A stretch of DNA of 64,000 nt, taken from positions 14,074,001 to 14,138,000 of the forward strand of contig OZ231126.1 of the NCBI GenBank assembly GCA_965153355.1. The letters are read 5' to 3'. Origin of the DNA: Flaccisagitta enflata (Eukaryota). The notes below the pieces were generated by a model. The model worked only from the letters and a program-made list of their open reading frames with translations. It was not told the origin of the DNA and did not search any database. Each line of letters begins with the position of its first letter. Within the stretch, counting starts at the first letter, position 1. The translations under genes were made by a program, and so were the position numbers. Of the stretch, positions 25,497 through 38,193 are shown in pieces.

Positions 25497-27149
25497 ACTC
25501 ACAAACAGACTCATCTCAGCATTTCTTTTGGGATGATACAATCTTGATATAAGCATGAGGGAGAATCATCGATCATTTATTTTACTTTTTATCAAAACAA
25601 ATCAATTGGTGAAATATGTATAACCATGAAATATGATCAATGGAATAATAAAGAAAAATTGATTAACAAGATATGAGTAAAAAATTGATTAACAAGATAT
25701 GAGTAAAAAACATTAAATATAAATGAAAAAGAAGAAAAAGTGAAAACAGAATTATCAAAAGTATGGTACATTGAGAAAAAAAATTTTAAAAAGTAATGAA
25801 TGAAGTATAAAAAAGGAGAAACTCAAAAATAAAACATAAAAAAAACTTATGAAAAGTGAAAAGTGAAAAATGAAAAGTTAAAAGAAAATAAAAATTGAAA
25901 ATTGAAAATTGAAAATTGAAAATTGAAAATTGAATATTGAATATTGAATATTGAATATTGAATATTAAAAATTGAAAATTGAAAAAAGAAAAGTAAAAAC
26001 TGAAACGTGAATCATGAAATATGAAAACTGAGGAAAAAAAATAGATAAGAAATAAAAATTATCTTTTGATGCTAGCAAAAAAATTCTGGAAATTTTCATT
26101 AAATTTTCAAAATGATCACAGAAAATGCACTATGAATTCCCTAAATCTTATTACTCCTTCATTGCCAAGTGAAAAACCTGAAAAACGCCTTTGGGAAACT
26201 CATGTTGGCGCCAAATACGTTTTTGCGTCTCATCTGCCACTTCCGGTAGAGGTGGCGGATAAAAAAGCGTAAAGGTAAACTCAATCATTGATACATATCG
26301 CATTTGGGTGCTTCAAATAGCAAAAGTTGGGAGTACTTAATACCAGTAATCACGGCTATCATTGTGAGGATAAAAGTTATACCACTTTATACCAAGCTTT
26401 CCTCTTCAGTTACTGCAATTTTGCAAGATGAGCTAAAATCTTCAAAATCAGTCACGCAGATGACCAGCTTCGCTCACTGACATGCTTTCTTGTAATTGCA
26501 TGCTCAGACACTTATCAAATCATTTATTTGATAATCCCATTTAGAATCAGAAAAAAAGAATGTGCTGAATTAACTAGATGAGCTCAAATATCTGGAATAT
26601 GTCAAAAAATTAATGACTGACTTTCATTTTTTTCCTAATTACTTAGGTAATGTGGACAAGTGAAAATCATGAAGATGACTATCTTTTTTTTTCAAACATC
26701 TTTCATTTTTTTTTGGCCTTACAATTATAACAGACTTCCCAGGAATCAGCAAAATCCTTTACGATTTTGTTACTAAAACTACAATTATTTGTCTTAGAAA
26801 ATCATGATATTTGTAAAAAAAGGATAAAATATCAGAACGTTAACAATAAAAGAGCTTATTCAAAAAGCAGATTAACAATTCTATAAGGAGAAGAAATTTG
26901 TAATAGCTTACTAAAAGATATTACTATACTGATTCATCCCACTGCATTATTTAAATTAGATCCTACAAAACAATTAACTGAGATACGGAAGATGTCCAAT
27001 TTTTAATAGAAAAAAATGGAAAAGTCCTTAAAATTAGCCACTACACATTAGGTAATGATGGTGAAAAGAAATAACTAACTTTTGCTATGTAAAGCACCTA
27101 AAATATCGCATATCTGCAATCTTCATATGTTTGAATTACGGTCGATTAC

Positions 27150-27316
27150 CAGTGATTGCATATCCTAGTCCACTTGTGAAGGGCGGAAACAAGGTCTTGC
27201 TGTATTGTTCCTCATTGATATAAAACTTGCTTGTTTTATTTCTATTTGGCCCCACCCAGGTAACGAGGCTGCCAAAAATACTTCGTCTAAGCTTTGACTT
27301 AGTTGCTTGGAAATAC
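27150..27316 (-). CDS. GT31 glycosyltransferase, exon 5
   Basis: YFQATK...PNRNKTSKFYINEEQYSKTLFPPFTSGLGYAIT. cctag acceptor and G|GTAATC donor, phases 2 and 1. Confidence 0.92.
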
Positions 27317-28212
27317 CTAGGATGGAAAAACAGGGTAATCAATCTCAAATAGCATGAGAACATATCTTGACGATGTGATATCGGTATCATAATAACAATA
27401 AAGGAGGCTATCACCAACTGGGGAAAAAATGTTAACCTGTGATTATTGATGGCAGGCTACACGACTCTACCAACGCTATGTTGGTCGGTTGGTTGGTCCC
27501 CTTTTTGGGCAGCAGCCCTAAAGGGCCGAAGTCCTGTAGAACACAGGGGGCGATTTCCAGCAGCAGTCTGTCCTTCCATCCGTCCCCCCCATTAGCCATC
27601 AAGGCCTCAAATTTGCCCTCCCAACCCTCAATTTAGCCCTCCAGGACTCAAATTAGCCTCAAATCAAATCTTCAGACCTTTAATATGCCTCAAATATGCT
27701 CGCTAGGGGATTACACATTTTTTTAATCAATTTTTTTCATAATATTCAATGGAAACTTGTGCATTTTTTTTATTGAAAATCAGAAAAATTTTCATTTTAT
27801 TTCAATTTACCATGTAATCCAATGGTGCAATGTTGCTCTCAAAACCAATATGGCAGAAGTCCCCCTGGGTTCACAGGACATTGTTTCCTTTGGGGCCGTT
27901 GCCCTGCTAAACATCACCTACATTCACAATCATACAAAGCAGGGCAACGGGTATCGCTGACCACATATTGCCCATGGGCGACTGGTTTATCTCTGTCAAG
28001 TCCCCTCTTTTCTTTTTGTTCTCACTCATCCCTAAAAATTCAAACTAGCAAAAATTTCCTCCATTTCAAGCTGCTTTACTAGCATGTTTGCAAGCAAGCT
28101 CAGTCAAAACAGTAAAGAACTACATTCTGGCTTGGCCGAAATGGTGTCAAAATATGGAACTGTAACTCGGGTGCGCTCCGCCGATGTTCAACATTCTATA
28201 TATAAGTTTTAC

Positions 28213-28456
28213 CCCAATAAATTGTCCAGTCTGACAAAGGTGTCATCGTCGGCTTTGAGTAAAAGCTCGACTCCCGGGCAGTATTTATCGGTCCATCGCA
28301 GCATCGAAATCGACTTGAGAGTCAAATTTGCATACGAGTCAACAAAGGTCGATGACTGGAGAATGTCTCGATGAGATTTTGATTCTTGTTCCAAGATAGC
28401 TTGACTGCGCCTATCGCTTATTAAGCCCACGAGGAATGCGATGCGAATATTTAGTG
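28213..28456 (-). CDS. GT31 glycosyltransferase, exon 4 (DxD motif)
   Basis: IRIAFLVG...ESKSHRDILQ..FVDSYANLTLKSISMLRWTDKYCP..LLKADDDTFV. ttcag acceptor and GG|GTAAAA donor, phases 1 and 2. Confidence 0.93.
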
Positions 28457-28665
28457 CTGAAGGATAACAAAACGTTAGGTTGGAATTAGATAGTTGAACC
28501 GTAACATACTGATGTCTAGTTAGCCATTTTTAGCCGTGGACACGCGACTTGCTGTGTCGGTTTGTCCGTCAGTCCATCAAACAATCCGTCCTTCGGTCCG
28601 TCCATCCGTCACATATTTGAATTGCGAGCATATTCTTTGCATTATTTAGATAGCCCTACACTAAC

Positions 28666-28844
28666 CAGCCAGTCGGTTTTTGTGCCCCCACGTTTGTCGT
28701 ACAGCATCGCGTTGTTTTCGATGTTGCGGCGCCGTGATCACAATGACGAGAATACAGGGCGGAGTTGGTGAGGTCAGAGAATGACTATGAGATGGATAAG
28801 CATTAGTACTAGGTACAGTATCAGCATCGAAAAATTGGAAAACT
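28666..28844 (-). CDS. GT31 glycosyltransferase, exon 3
   Basis: ...PCILVIVITAPQHRKQRDAVRQTWG, the RxAIRxTWG motif. Boundaries tcttag| and G|GTTAGT, phases 2 and 1. Confidence 0.85.
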
Positions 28845-29273
28845 CTAAGACACCCCTTTACAGGCTTTACAAGTCCATTTTGCCCGTTATCAGCATCAAT
28901 TATCAAATGAATACATTTTGCTTTTTCGGGTTTTTGCAATCTTCTGCGCCACTGCTCCTGCTCAATTGACCTCAAATACGGGTTTTTGCAATCTTCGGCC
29001 TCACTGCTCCTGCCAAAGTGACCTCAAATATGGCCCCTGCCCAGCTGCACGCAACTGGGGTAACCGTGTATCCGGCCTTGTTTTATATTTTACCATCATG
29101 GCAAACTGTGGTGAAAATATCTTCTGAGAATTTTTAAACAAAGTCATTGTAATTGCTCCAAAACATTTAAACATCAAAGGAGACTTAAAGCAAATTTTGC
29201 CCGAAAAAATTACATTATGAAACATAGCCAGTTAAAGCGTGAGTAGAGCTATCCAATTCTTTGATGGACATAC

Positions 29274-29451
29274 TGCTTATGGAGACTATTTGGTTCAACC
29301 GACGGCATACGGTAGCATAGTCGCGGCTCGTTGATCAAAAATTCATCCTTGTGGTTTTTCTTGATGTTGAATGTTGCAGAATCAAATGATATTTGTCGCA
29401 TGAATTTAATGATATTTGTCGCATGCAGCTTTCTGTATTCTTTGTACTTAT
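29274..29451 (-). CDS. GT31 glycosyltransferase, exon 2 (stem); 5' boundary uncertain
   Basis: Encodes ...KDEFLINEPRLCYRMPS..., with the FLINEPxxC stem motif of B3GALT-type enzymes. Donor CA|GTATGT is phase 2. The only phase-1 acceptor is a weak ttaag. Confidence 0.72.
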
Positions 29452-30511
29452 CTTAAGGTTTGCACTACTGCTCCAGCCCAAAAATCACTATTACTTCTGC
29501 ATCTTTGCCCCTGTCTATTCCCACCCAATTTCATATGTATGTATGAAACAGCTTCATACCCATATTTTGGAACGTTGCGTTATACAGCAGTACATAATAT
29601 TTCGTCTAGACTTGAGATGCCAGGGGCAAGAATCATGGGAAGATAGATAAAGCTATGGGAGTGATATTTGGAATATAAACTAAAAAAAAAAAGATTCATT
29701 GCCTATGATGGTCGGTTGCCATGGGAACACATTTCCATATATTCTCAATGAAAATACAATATATTGAGAATTTTATTTGAGGGAACATAACTTAAAATCA
29801 AATTTTCTACAATTTTTCCACAAAATGTTCTGTAAGGATATCGCTGAATTGGCAGTTGCTATGGAGTGTATCTATGAGTGACAACCCTGTGATACTCCCT
29901 AGCAACCGCTAAATGAGTGACATTCTTATGGAACACATTGTACAAAAGTGATAGTAAATTTAATTGGGAAAACAGTTGAAGTCAGTCTTTGACTTTTTGA
30001 CATATTTCAGGGAAACAGGGTTTTCATTTACTTATACGTAAGTTTAGTGTCTCAATCAACCGAATGAGCCCTCCGATGAAATTGATAGGGTAAGTAAATT
30101 TGATAATTCTCTTACATTTGGCGCCAAGCAGAATTCTCTACGACAAATATTTTTCAAGTTATAATTTTTTTCAAGATTAATTTACAAAAAATTCAAATTG
30201 ATTTTTTTTTTCAATTTTTCATGATTTAATTTAGTATCAATAAAGGAGTGTATCTATGTTTCTTTGAGCATGCAAATATAAGAAAATATATTTATAAGCA
30301 CAGCTGCTTATCTGCGAGGGTGTTTTCGAGTATTCTAGCTCATTTAGCTCAGTCTTCATCTCGCTTTTTTCCCGCTTGGTTTCTGGAGCAGAATCAAAAC
30401 ATCGTCTTTTCCACGTAGGACGACTTTTGTTCGTAAACGTCTCGAGCACTTTTTTCCTACTTAGCAAATTTCAGTCGTCTTTTCGTTGATCGTGACATCA
30501 ACGGACTTTGC

Positions 30512-31078
30512 TACAGTACGATGGGAGCAAAGACGACCTAGACTGGAGGATAGATTTTAAATATTTTAATTTTATTTGGTTTATAAAAAAAATTAAGATT
30601 TATGCTAATTAAAAGTTGCTCTATTATTCAAATATTTTAACTTTTCTCATTCTTTAATTTATGACTTGACTTTACTAGAACTTAAAATCTCAATGTTCTA
30701 ACTTAGCCTAATAGATAAGGCTAAAAATTTAATATAATTTTGGATAAAAATCTCAGTTCAATTGGACTATTTCTACAAGTTTTATAGCTATTTTTCAAAT
30801 AAAACAGTCATGTAAATTAGTATCTCGGCAAAATGATTGACTGATTTTTGTTTTAAACACATAAAATTTTCTGCTGAATCTGATAACGTATGTTAGAACA
30901 TTGAAAAATTATGTCCTGATAAAGTCAAATCAAAAGTTAAATGAGAAAAGCTAACATATTCAAACAATAAAGCAATCTTTGATTATTATGAATCTCAATC
31001 TTTTTATAAATCAAATAAACTTAAGATACCAAAAATCTTTCCTCCAGTTCAAGTCGTCTTTGCTCCCATTGTACTGTA
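30512..31078. mobile_element. TA-flanked Tc1/mariner-like MITE
   Basis: About 39-bp TIR TACAGTACGATGGGAGCAAAGACGAC... / ...GTCGTCTTTGCTCCCATTGTACTGTA. Confidence 0.85.
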
Positions 31079-31479
31079 CAATCAGGGCGAAATCACCTCC
31101 AACGTGGGTTTATTTTCTTCAATTGATTTTTCCTCTTATAATATTGATTCATTTTTGTGTTATGTAAATTTCAACAAGGAGCTTTTAATTAATTGAATGA
31201 TGCGACTAGCAATTCATACAAGAGAAGTTAATGTACTGATTTATAAAAAGTCTGAGCGTGGTGGGTGTAAACGACGGGTAGTTATTGCACGCCAAGAGAT
31301 TGTAAACCCCGAAAGTATTGTTTTTAGGTGCGACAAAGCACCTCTATACCTGGCTGTGCAGTGTCCGTTGGTTGGTTGGTTGGTCTGTCTGTAACGGATT
31401 CGTTTGACGATCCACATGTCGCACCTTATTGGCCTACTCGGCCTTGTTAGTAAATTATAGGAAATAACGTATTCATTGA

Positions 31480-33690
31480 ACAACAGTTCAGTTAAACTTC
31501 TCCGCATCGTCATCTTGGTTATTCCCGATTCCTTTGGCCTCTCGAGTCTCTTCCAGCGCAGATGACAGTGTGATCTCCATTTCAACTGTGATGTTAATTT
31601 ATTCATGAGTACCTTGTTCTTTTGATACTCAAATCATAATTTTGATATCATAATAACGTCACCTCGGTCGATATCATCTGTGGTATTTGCAAATTCCAAT
31701 ATGTCAGCATCACTACTCTTGCCACATTGCACGTACATGACCTCCTTAGATTCACAGAAACTTTTGGGATCACTAGTAAGAGATATTGGAAGAATATTTG
31801 CCTGATAACCTTCTATAGCATGGACCAAAGCGATCGCATGCGACATTGCGCCTGGCAACGTTAGATGCACCGCCCGCCATTCTCTTTATTGATTTGATGA
31901 GCAATCATCCGTTTGATTTCCGAGATGAGTTCGATTTTCCCTCCACGATGTAGACCTCCAACCTGATTATTGGATATTTATATTTTAAGTTATTCTTTTA
32001 TAGGCGCGTGTACACATCTCCGTTAGCTTTTTTGGCGTATACAACAGTTTTTCATTACTGCTCCTGCCCAAAAGTATTAGTAAGCCTTTTTTGAACCGCC
32101 CTGCCCACCTGCATGCAACTTCGCAAGCCGTGTGTACGGCCCGGATTTACTTATCATTTTAGGTACAATGACATTTTATTTAGGTTCACACGATACAATA
32201 AACTTCTCCGCACACAAACACCTACAGACACATTGCACACTTTTTCTTTTGTAAGAATGCTTTATGAGAACATTAGCCTCAAATTTAACAAAAAAAATAA
32301 TAATATCTTATAACATGCTGATCTAAAGATTTTAAAATAAAATGATTCTTAAAATAGATCAAAAAATAAAAATGTTATTGCTCAGAATAGAACAAAAATA
32401 AGAGTGTTATGGCTCACATCAGAATCCAATCTCTTATAAAAAGAAAAACATACTCATGAATTCTTTTTTTCTTCCTCTTTGGTCCTCTTTTTTTTCTTTC
32501 TCTAGTCCCTGGCAATCCATCTTTGCAGGATTTACTACGGTAATTGGTGGTTATGTCTCGTTCAGAATAAGTCCGAATTGCTTGATGTGCGATTTCATCA
32601 GCGTTTACCTCAGCATTGTTGATAGTCCGAATATCTTCTGAGTTGTTAGCGTTGATCTCCGGTTCGTCATCGCCGATTACAATTCCGTCGGGATGAACGT
32701 CAGCTTCATCGCAGAGTGGGGTTTCGGGAATGACTGTAAATGGCGCGGGCGGTCGTTGACAATGACGATGCAGAGGATTATAGTACGTGCGTGCGTTCAC
32801 TCGCTTGATCAATTATTGATGGAATTGAGCGGACATCGTCATTCAACCCATCGTCTTTAGCGTAAAGAATCGTTGAGGCTGTGAAGACGAGAGTCTCGAT
32901 GCTACTTGAGGCTGCTGGTTCTAATTCAGGAGGAAACAACGGTTTTCCAGATAGCTGATGTGTCAAAACGATCTCTTGCCAAACTAGCAAAATAGGTTAC
33001 TACTATCTAGGAAATAGAAATCTTCCCACCTATGAATTCATGTCATTTATCTACATGATCACGTATATCTGTTGATTGCAAATGGATCAATGATAGATGT
33101 AGGCTCCCCCTGACTCAATTATCACCGCCAATGGCCGGTTCAGCAATTTGTAAAGTATCAGGAGGTACTTTGGAGTGATGGCTTCCAGCCTTTTTCCATG
33201 AAACAAATTTTTTCCTCCTTTTTATCTTTGAGTGATCATAACTTTTAAACGGCTGGACTGAATTTGTTGCGCAAAAAAGGAAAAAGATGCCCCTTGAAAA
33301 ACTCTTCATTTTGGCCACCAATTTTTTGTCAATTGATCAAAAAACAACGGAGATATTTAACTTTGAATGGATAAGACTTACTGTAAAAAATTCAAATTAA
33401 GAAATCTTCAAATGGAATGATTTCATTCAAATTAAGATAACTTCTAAACCCAATGAGATAGCAGGATGCGGTTTGCGTAGATGGCTTGCAAATTCGAAGA
33501 GCTTCATTTTAGTCACCAATTTTTTCTTAGTCAGATGATTTTCACAAGAGTTATAGACTGAAACGTGCGGGAAGATTTCTATTTCCTAGATAGTAAACTG
33601 CTGCCGCCTCAGTACCCTGAATCCACACTTCATCTTCCTCCATCGTGTCCTTGATCGTTAACGCAATCCCATCCGGCTTAGTGTTTCCTT
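31480..33690 (-). pseudogene. Degraded coding-like sequence (stops, frameshifts, TE insertion) inside GT31 intron 1; probably a transposon-derived ORF remnant
   Basis: Non-repetitive co-oriented ORF pieces at 33596-33690, 32778-32990, 32454-32812 and 31634-31870. Plausible GTATGT donor at 32453 and cag acceptor near 31963. Product unidentified. Confidence 0.4.
33001..33595. mobile_element. TA-flanked MITE interrupting the degraded ORF
   Basis: Perfect 27-bp inverted repeat TACTATCTAGGAAATAGAAATCTTCCC at both ends. Confidence 0.88.
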
Positions 33691-34852
33691 TTTCGCGTTT
33701 ATTTTTGCAAAATTAATGAGATAAAAAAACATTCGTTGCCCGCCTGCTTTACTTTCGGTAACACCCTCGTTATTCTGTACGCGTTTTTGGTATCGGCTTT
33801 ATTTTGATCTTATGCTTTTTTTCTGATTTTAAATGCAATATATGAAAAAATGATTTGATTCATTTCTGGATATGCAAATACAAGAAAGCATGTCAATTAG
33901 CATAGCTGGTCATCTGTGTGAGTGATTTTGAGTATTTTAGCTCACCTTGCTCATTTGGCTCAATCCTATTTTTCTCTGATTTTCAGTGCAATCAAAACAT
34001 ACAATTGCTCTGGATTAATTCTAACAAATAAAAAAAATAACACTTGTCCCACATTTAGGGGGAAAGACACTGAAGTGCAAAAAGTATGCAAAGCATACTT
34101 TTAGTCGGCCCAGTGTAATGAAATGTTTACTGTAGTGGCCCAAGGTGTTTGGGCAGCAGCCCTAAAGGTGTCGATGACCTATGCCTATGCAGTCATCTTT
34201 AGTCATTTAAAGTCAATTTATGCCATCTTAAGTTACATATGTCCCGCATGCAAGGTGTTGGCCTTGTCATGTCTGTCACGAAACTTGTACTTCTGACAGA
34301 ATTTCCTCTTCTGGAAAAATCAACAGGTTGCATCGGAAAATGCGACAAATATCATCAGAGTCGGAGTTGGAGTTGGAGTAGAATTTGAGTCGAAGAAGAA
34401 GATAGAAGTATACGATGATGCATCTCCAACAGATGTCTCTCGGAAAACGACAGAGCGAACTGAATTGGACGTAGAAAACAATCAAGGCTGAGTAGGCCAC
34501 CGATGCATCCTCTGAAGATATATTTTTCTACTCAGTAGACTTTGTAGATATATTTTTCTACTGTTAGCTTAGTATTTAAAACTTTTATAAAAAACAAGGC
34601 CGTATACACGGCAGCATTAGTTGCGGACGGGTGGGCAGGAGAAGAAAACCTCAAAAAAGTGACTTTGAGACGGACGGGCCAACCGAAAAGTGTTTTTTTA
34701 GAGTCATGTGTCCGCGATTAAAAATTAACATTGATAGACTGATTTCCTTTTTTGCATTATCAGTTTTCCTCTTTATGGTAGAAAGAAAGATCGGTACTGT
34801 TTTCAAATTCGGTGAGGTCTTTTGTTTTACTGACTTTCTGAGTGGGTTTTGA

Positions 34853-34920
34853 TTTAGGGTTAGGGGTAGGGTTAGGGTTAAGGCTGGGGATGGGGGTGGT
34901 TTTAGGGTTAGGGTTAGGGC
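34853..34920 (+). repeat. Short degenerate interstitial TTAGGG array
   Basis: TTAGGGTTAGGGGTAGGGTTAGGG ... TTAGGGTTAGGGTTAGGG. Confidence 0.7.
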
Positions 34921-35149
34921 AAGGTGAGGACTAGGTTTGATAAACTTTATCCGAATCTACTCGTATTAAAGTTTCGCCCAAGCGGGAAAAAAATACAACT
35001 AAAACAAGGCCAAGAGATGTCCAATAGATGCGTCCTCTTTAGACGTAAGATATAATCATACAAATTATTAAGATATAAAGATATTAAGATATAAAAATAT
35101 GAAAATATGAAGATTCAGAGATAAAGAGAAAAATATAAACTGATTCCTC

Positions 35150-35910
35150 TCTTCCCCCCACGCCTCTCCACCCCTCCCCCTACGCCTCCCCCTCCCCCCC
35201 ACACCTCCACCCTCCCCCCCACACCTTCCCCTACGCCTCCTCCCCTACGCCTCCCCTCCTCCCCTACGCCACCCCACCCTCCTCCCCCACGCCTCCCCAC
35301 CCCTCCCCTCACGCCTCCCCAACCCTCCCCACGCCTCCACGCCTCCCCACCCCCCCTCCACGCCTCCCCACCCTCCCCACGCCTCCTCCCCACGCCTCCC
35401 CACCCCCCGCCTCATCCTCACGAAGAGACATGAAAGGACCTGGAGAGATATGGATAAATATGGAGAGACATGAAGAGACATGAGGAAACATGAGGAAACA
35501 TAAGAGACATATAGAGACATAAGGGACATAAGAGACATTAGAGATCTAAGAGATAAAAGAGACAAGAGCTATAAGAGATATAAGAGATGTGAGATGTAAG
35601 AGATATAAGAGATATAAGAGACATAAGGGACATAAGAGACATATGAGACATATAGGAGACATAGGAGACATAAGAGACATAAAGGAGACAAAAGAGACAT
35701 AAGAGACATACGAGACCTAAGAGACATAAGAGACATAAGAGGCCTAAGATACATAAGAGAAATAAGAGACATAAGAGAAATAAGAGACATAAGAGATATA
35801 AGAGACATATAGGAGACATAAGAGACATACAGGAGACAAAAGAGACAAAAGAGATGAAAGAGACTTAAGAAATATAAGAGACATGAAGAGACATGATGAG
35901 AAATGAAGAG
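35150..35910. repeat. C-rich CCCCACGCCT repeats followed by 9-bp ATAAGAGAC repeats inside a HINE-like shell
   Basis: Read directly. Flanked by an AACAAGGCC end (about 35003) and GTTACGGACGGACAGAC (about 35943). Confidence 0.8.
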
Positions 35911-36233
35911 AAAACCTTGAAAATCGTTTTTTAAAATTTCGCGTTACGGACGGACAGACATTCAGACATTCAGAAAGCGCCTCAGGAGAGATTTTCTACT
36001 TGATGGTTCTTGGTTTGTATGCCCATGATCTATGCAAAAAACCGCTTAGTTATATCATTCTTGTCTCAAACCTTGTGTGAGACAGCGGCGCCGAGTTTTA
36101 TGCTTGCTATGCTATGCTTTGACTATAATTTTTAAACAGGTGTTGTTCAACTTTAAGTTCTTTGCTTAGAGACGGATTTAAGATATACAGTGAACATGGG
36201 GAAGAAGAAGAAGAAGAAGAAGAAGAAGAAGAA

Positions 36234-36280
<47 letters not shown>

Positions 36281-36595
36281 AGAAGAAGAAAAAGAAGAAG
36301 TAGAAGAGAAAGAAGAAGGAAAAAGAGAAGAAGAGGAAGAAGAACGAGAAGAAGAAAACTAAGAAAAGATACAAAAACGGAATTAAAAGAACAACAAGAA
36401 CAAGAACTTTTTTTTTCTTCTTCTTCTTCTTCTTCTTCTTCTTCTTCTTCTTCTTCTTCTTCTTCTTCTTCTTCTTCTTCTTCTTCTTCTTCTTCTTCTT
36501 CTTTGATATGTTTCTTCTTCTGTGGAAATCAATGCAGCTTCCTCAATTTCCCCTTATTTACAATGGATGTCGTCGAGACAATATTGAGAAGACAT

Positions 36596-36805
36596 ATAAA
36601 GGAATGATATTTGGATTATGAGTTAATAAAAGGATACTTTATTAACAATAGGTGTCGGTTGCCATAGAAACATATTTCCATGTATTCTGGCTAAAATAGC
36701 AATATATTGACATGAAAACATGGAGATGTGTTTCCATAGCAACAAACACGCATCATCAATACAGCATCCTCTTATTAGTTTATATTCCAAATATCATTCC
36801 TTTAT
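36596..36805. mobile_element. Small MITE next to GT31 exon 1; related fragment at about 29655-29960
   Basis: 20-bp TIR ATAAAGGAATGATATTTGGA / TCCAAATATCATTCCTTTAT. Confidence 0.7.
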
Positions 36806-36846
36806 GTTTACTTGTTTTATTGATTGACGACATCTACTATACTTAC

Positions 36847-36949
36847 TTCTCCATAATATTGCGTGGGCAGTCTCAGCATCAAACTGATAGATGACGAGTC
36901 CAATTATGAAGTAACAAAGTAACGTAAAACGGAGGCGTCTTATCTTCAT
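36847..36949 (-). CDS. GT31 beta-1,3-galactosyl/GlcNAc-transferase, exon 1 (type II membrane anchor)
   Basis: MKIRRLRFTLLCYFIIGLVIYQFDAETAHAILWR: basic tail plus hydrophobic anchor. Consensus donor A|GTAAGT, phase 1, fits the downstream exon chain. Confidence 0.72.
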
Positions 36950-37053
36950 CTTTATCGCGACTAAAAAGGAGCGAAAGAAGAAAAACATAACATTTGAAGA
37001 GGAAGAAGAGACGCATAAAAAAGAAGAAGAAGAAGATCGAAGAGGAAGAAGAA

Positions 37054-37097
<44 letters not shown>

Positions 37098-37120
37098 TCG
37101 AAGAGGAAGAAGAAGAAGAA

Positions 37121-37167
<47 letters not shown>

Positions 37168-38193
37168 AAAAGAAAAAGAAAAAGAAAAAGAAAAAGAAAA
37201 AGAAAAAGATGAAGAAGAAGAAGAAGAAGAAGAAGAAGAAAGAAAAAGAAGAAGAAGAAGAAGAAGAAGAAGAAGAAGAAGAAGAAGAAGAAAAGAAAAA
37301 GAAAAAGAAAAAGAAGAAGAAAAAGAAAAAGAAAAAGAAGAAGAAGAAGGGACAGAAAAAGAACGGACAGAAAGAGAAAAAGAAGGGAAAGAAGAATGAG
37401 AAGAAGAAGAAGAAAAAAAAGAAGAAGAAAAGAAAAAGAAAAAGAAACAAGGCCGGATACACGGCAATCCAGTCGCGGCCGGTTAGGCAGGAGCAGTAAT
37501 GTGAAAACCACTCGGAATTCGTGAATTCTTGGTTTTCTTACAGCAGAAATTGGGACCAGGCGCTGAGAAAAAGCAGCTCTTTTAAAATCGACGAAAACAT
37601 CTTTAGCGTTGAGCTTATAGCTTATTCACCCTTATTCATGGGAAACACGCATTACCTCTTTGTTTGGAACTGTAGCGCCTTTAAAGAAACAAAAATATCC
37701 AGAAAAGTTAGAGCGTGGCGAAAAAAATCAAAAATATTTGTTAGTTCCACTAGAACGGAGATTAAAGCTCCTACTGGGGGTTCGAACGAAAGCCCGAGTG
37801 ATCACCTAGGAGATTCTTGTTTACAAACGCGTGTCATTCTATGTAGTTCTAGCGTGAAAAAATCATACAGTGGACTACTACTTTATCGGATTTAGTAACT
37901 TTATCGATTTAGCAACTGTTGAATTATTCATTACCTAGCTAAATAGTTTATGCATTTTGTATGAAATATCTATTCATGAATGTGATTGATCTTTTTATTT
38001 GTACTATTTGACAGAAACATACAGATACATACACATTACAAACTGATAACTAGTAACTAGATTGATAATTGTTTATTATCAACACATTCTGACAGTAACA
38101 AAGCCGTCAATTGCATGAAATCTAGATTCATACTTTTTAGATGCAACCGTCAGGAACGTATCTCTATAAGAGGGTCTATCTGTTGGTCTGTCC

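Larger units (their letters stand above)
36201..37446. repeat. (GAA)n, (TTC)n and (GAAAAA)n tracts flanking GT31 exon 1
   Basis: Read directly: tracts at about 36201-36360, 36415-36503 and 36995-37446. Confidence 0.9.

Noticed and set aside
34340..34355. 16-bp inverted match to the duplicated motif at 29386 and 29409
   Set aside because: One 16-bp match within 64 kb of AT-rich DNA is roughly expected by chance, and there is no flanking similarity.
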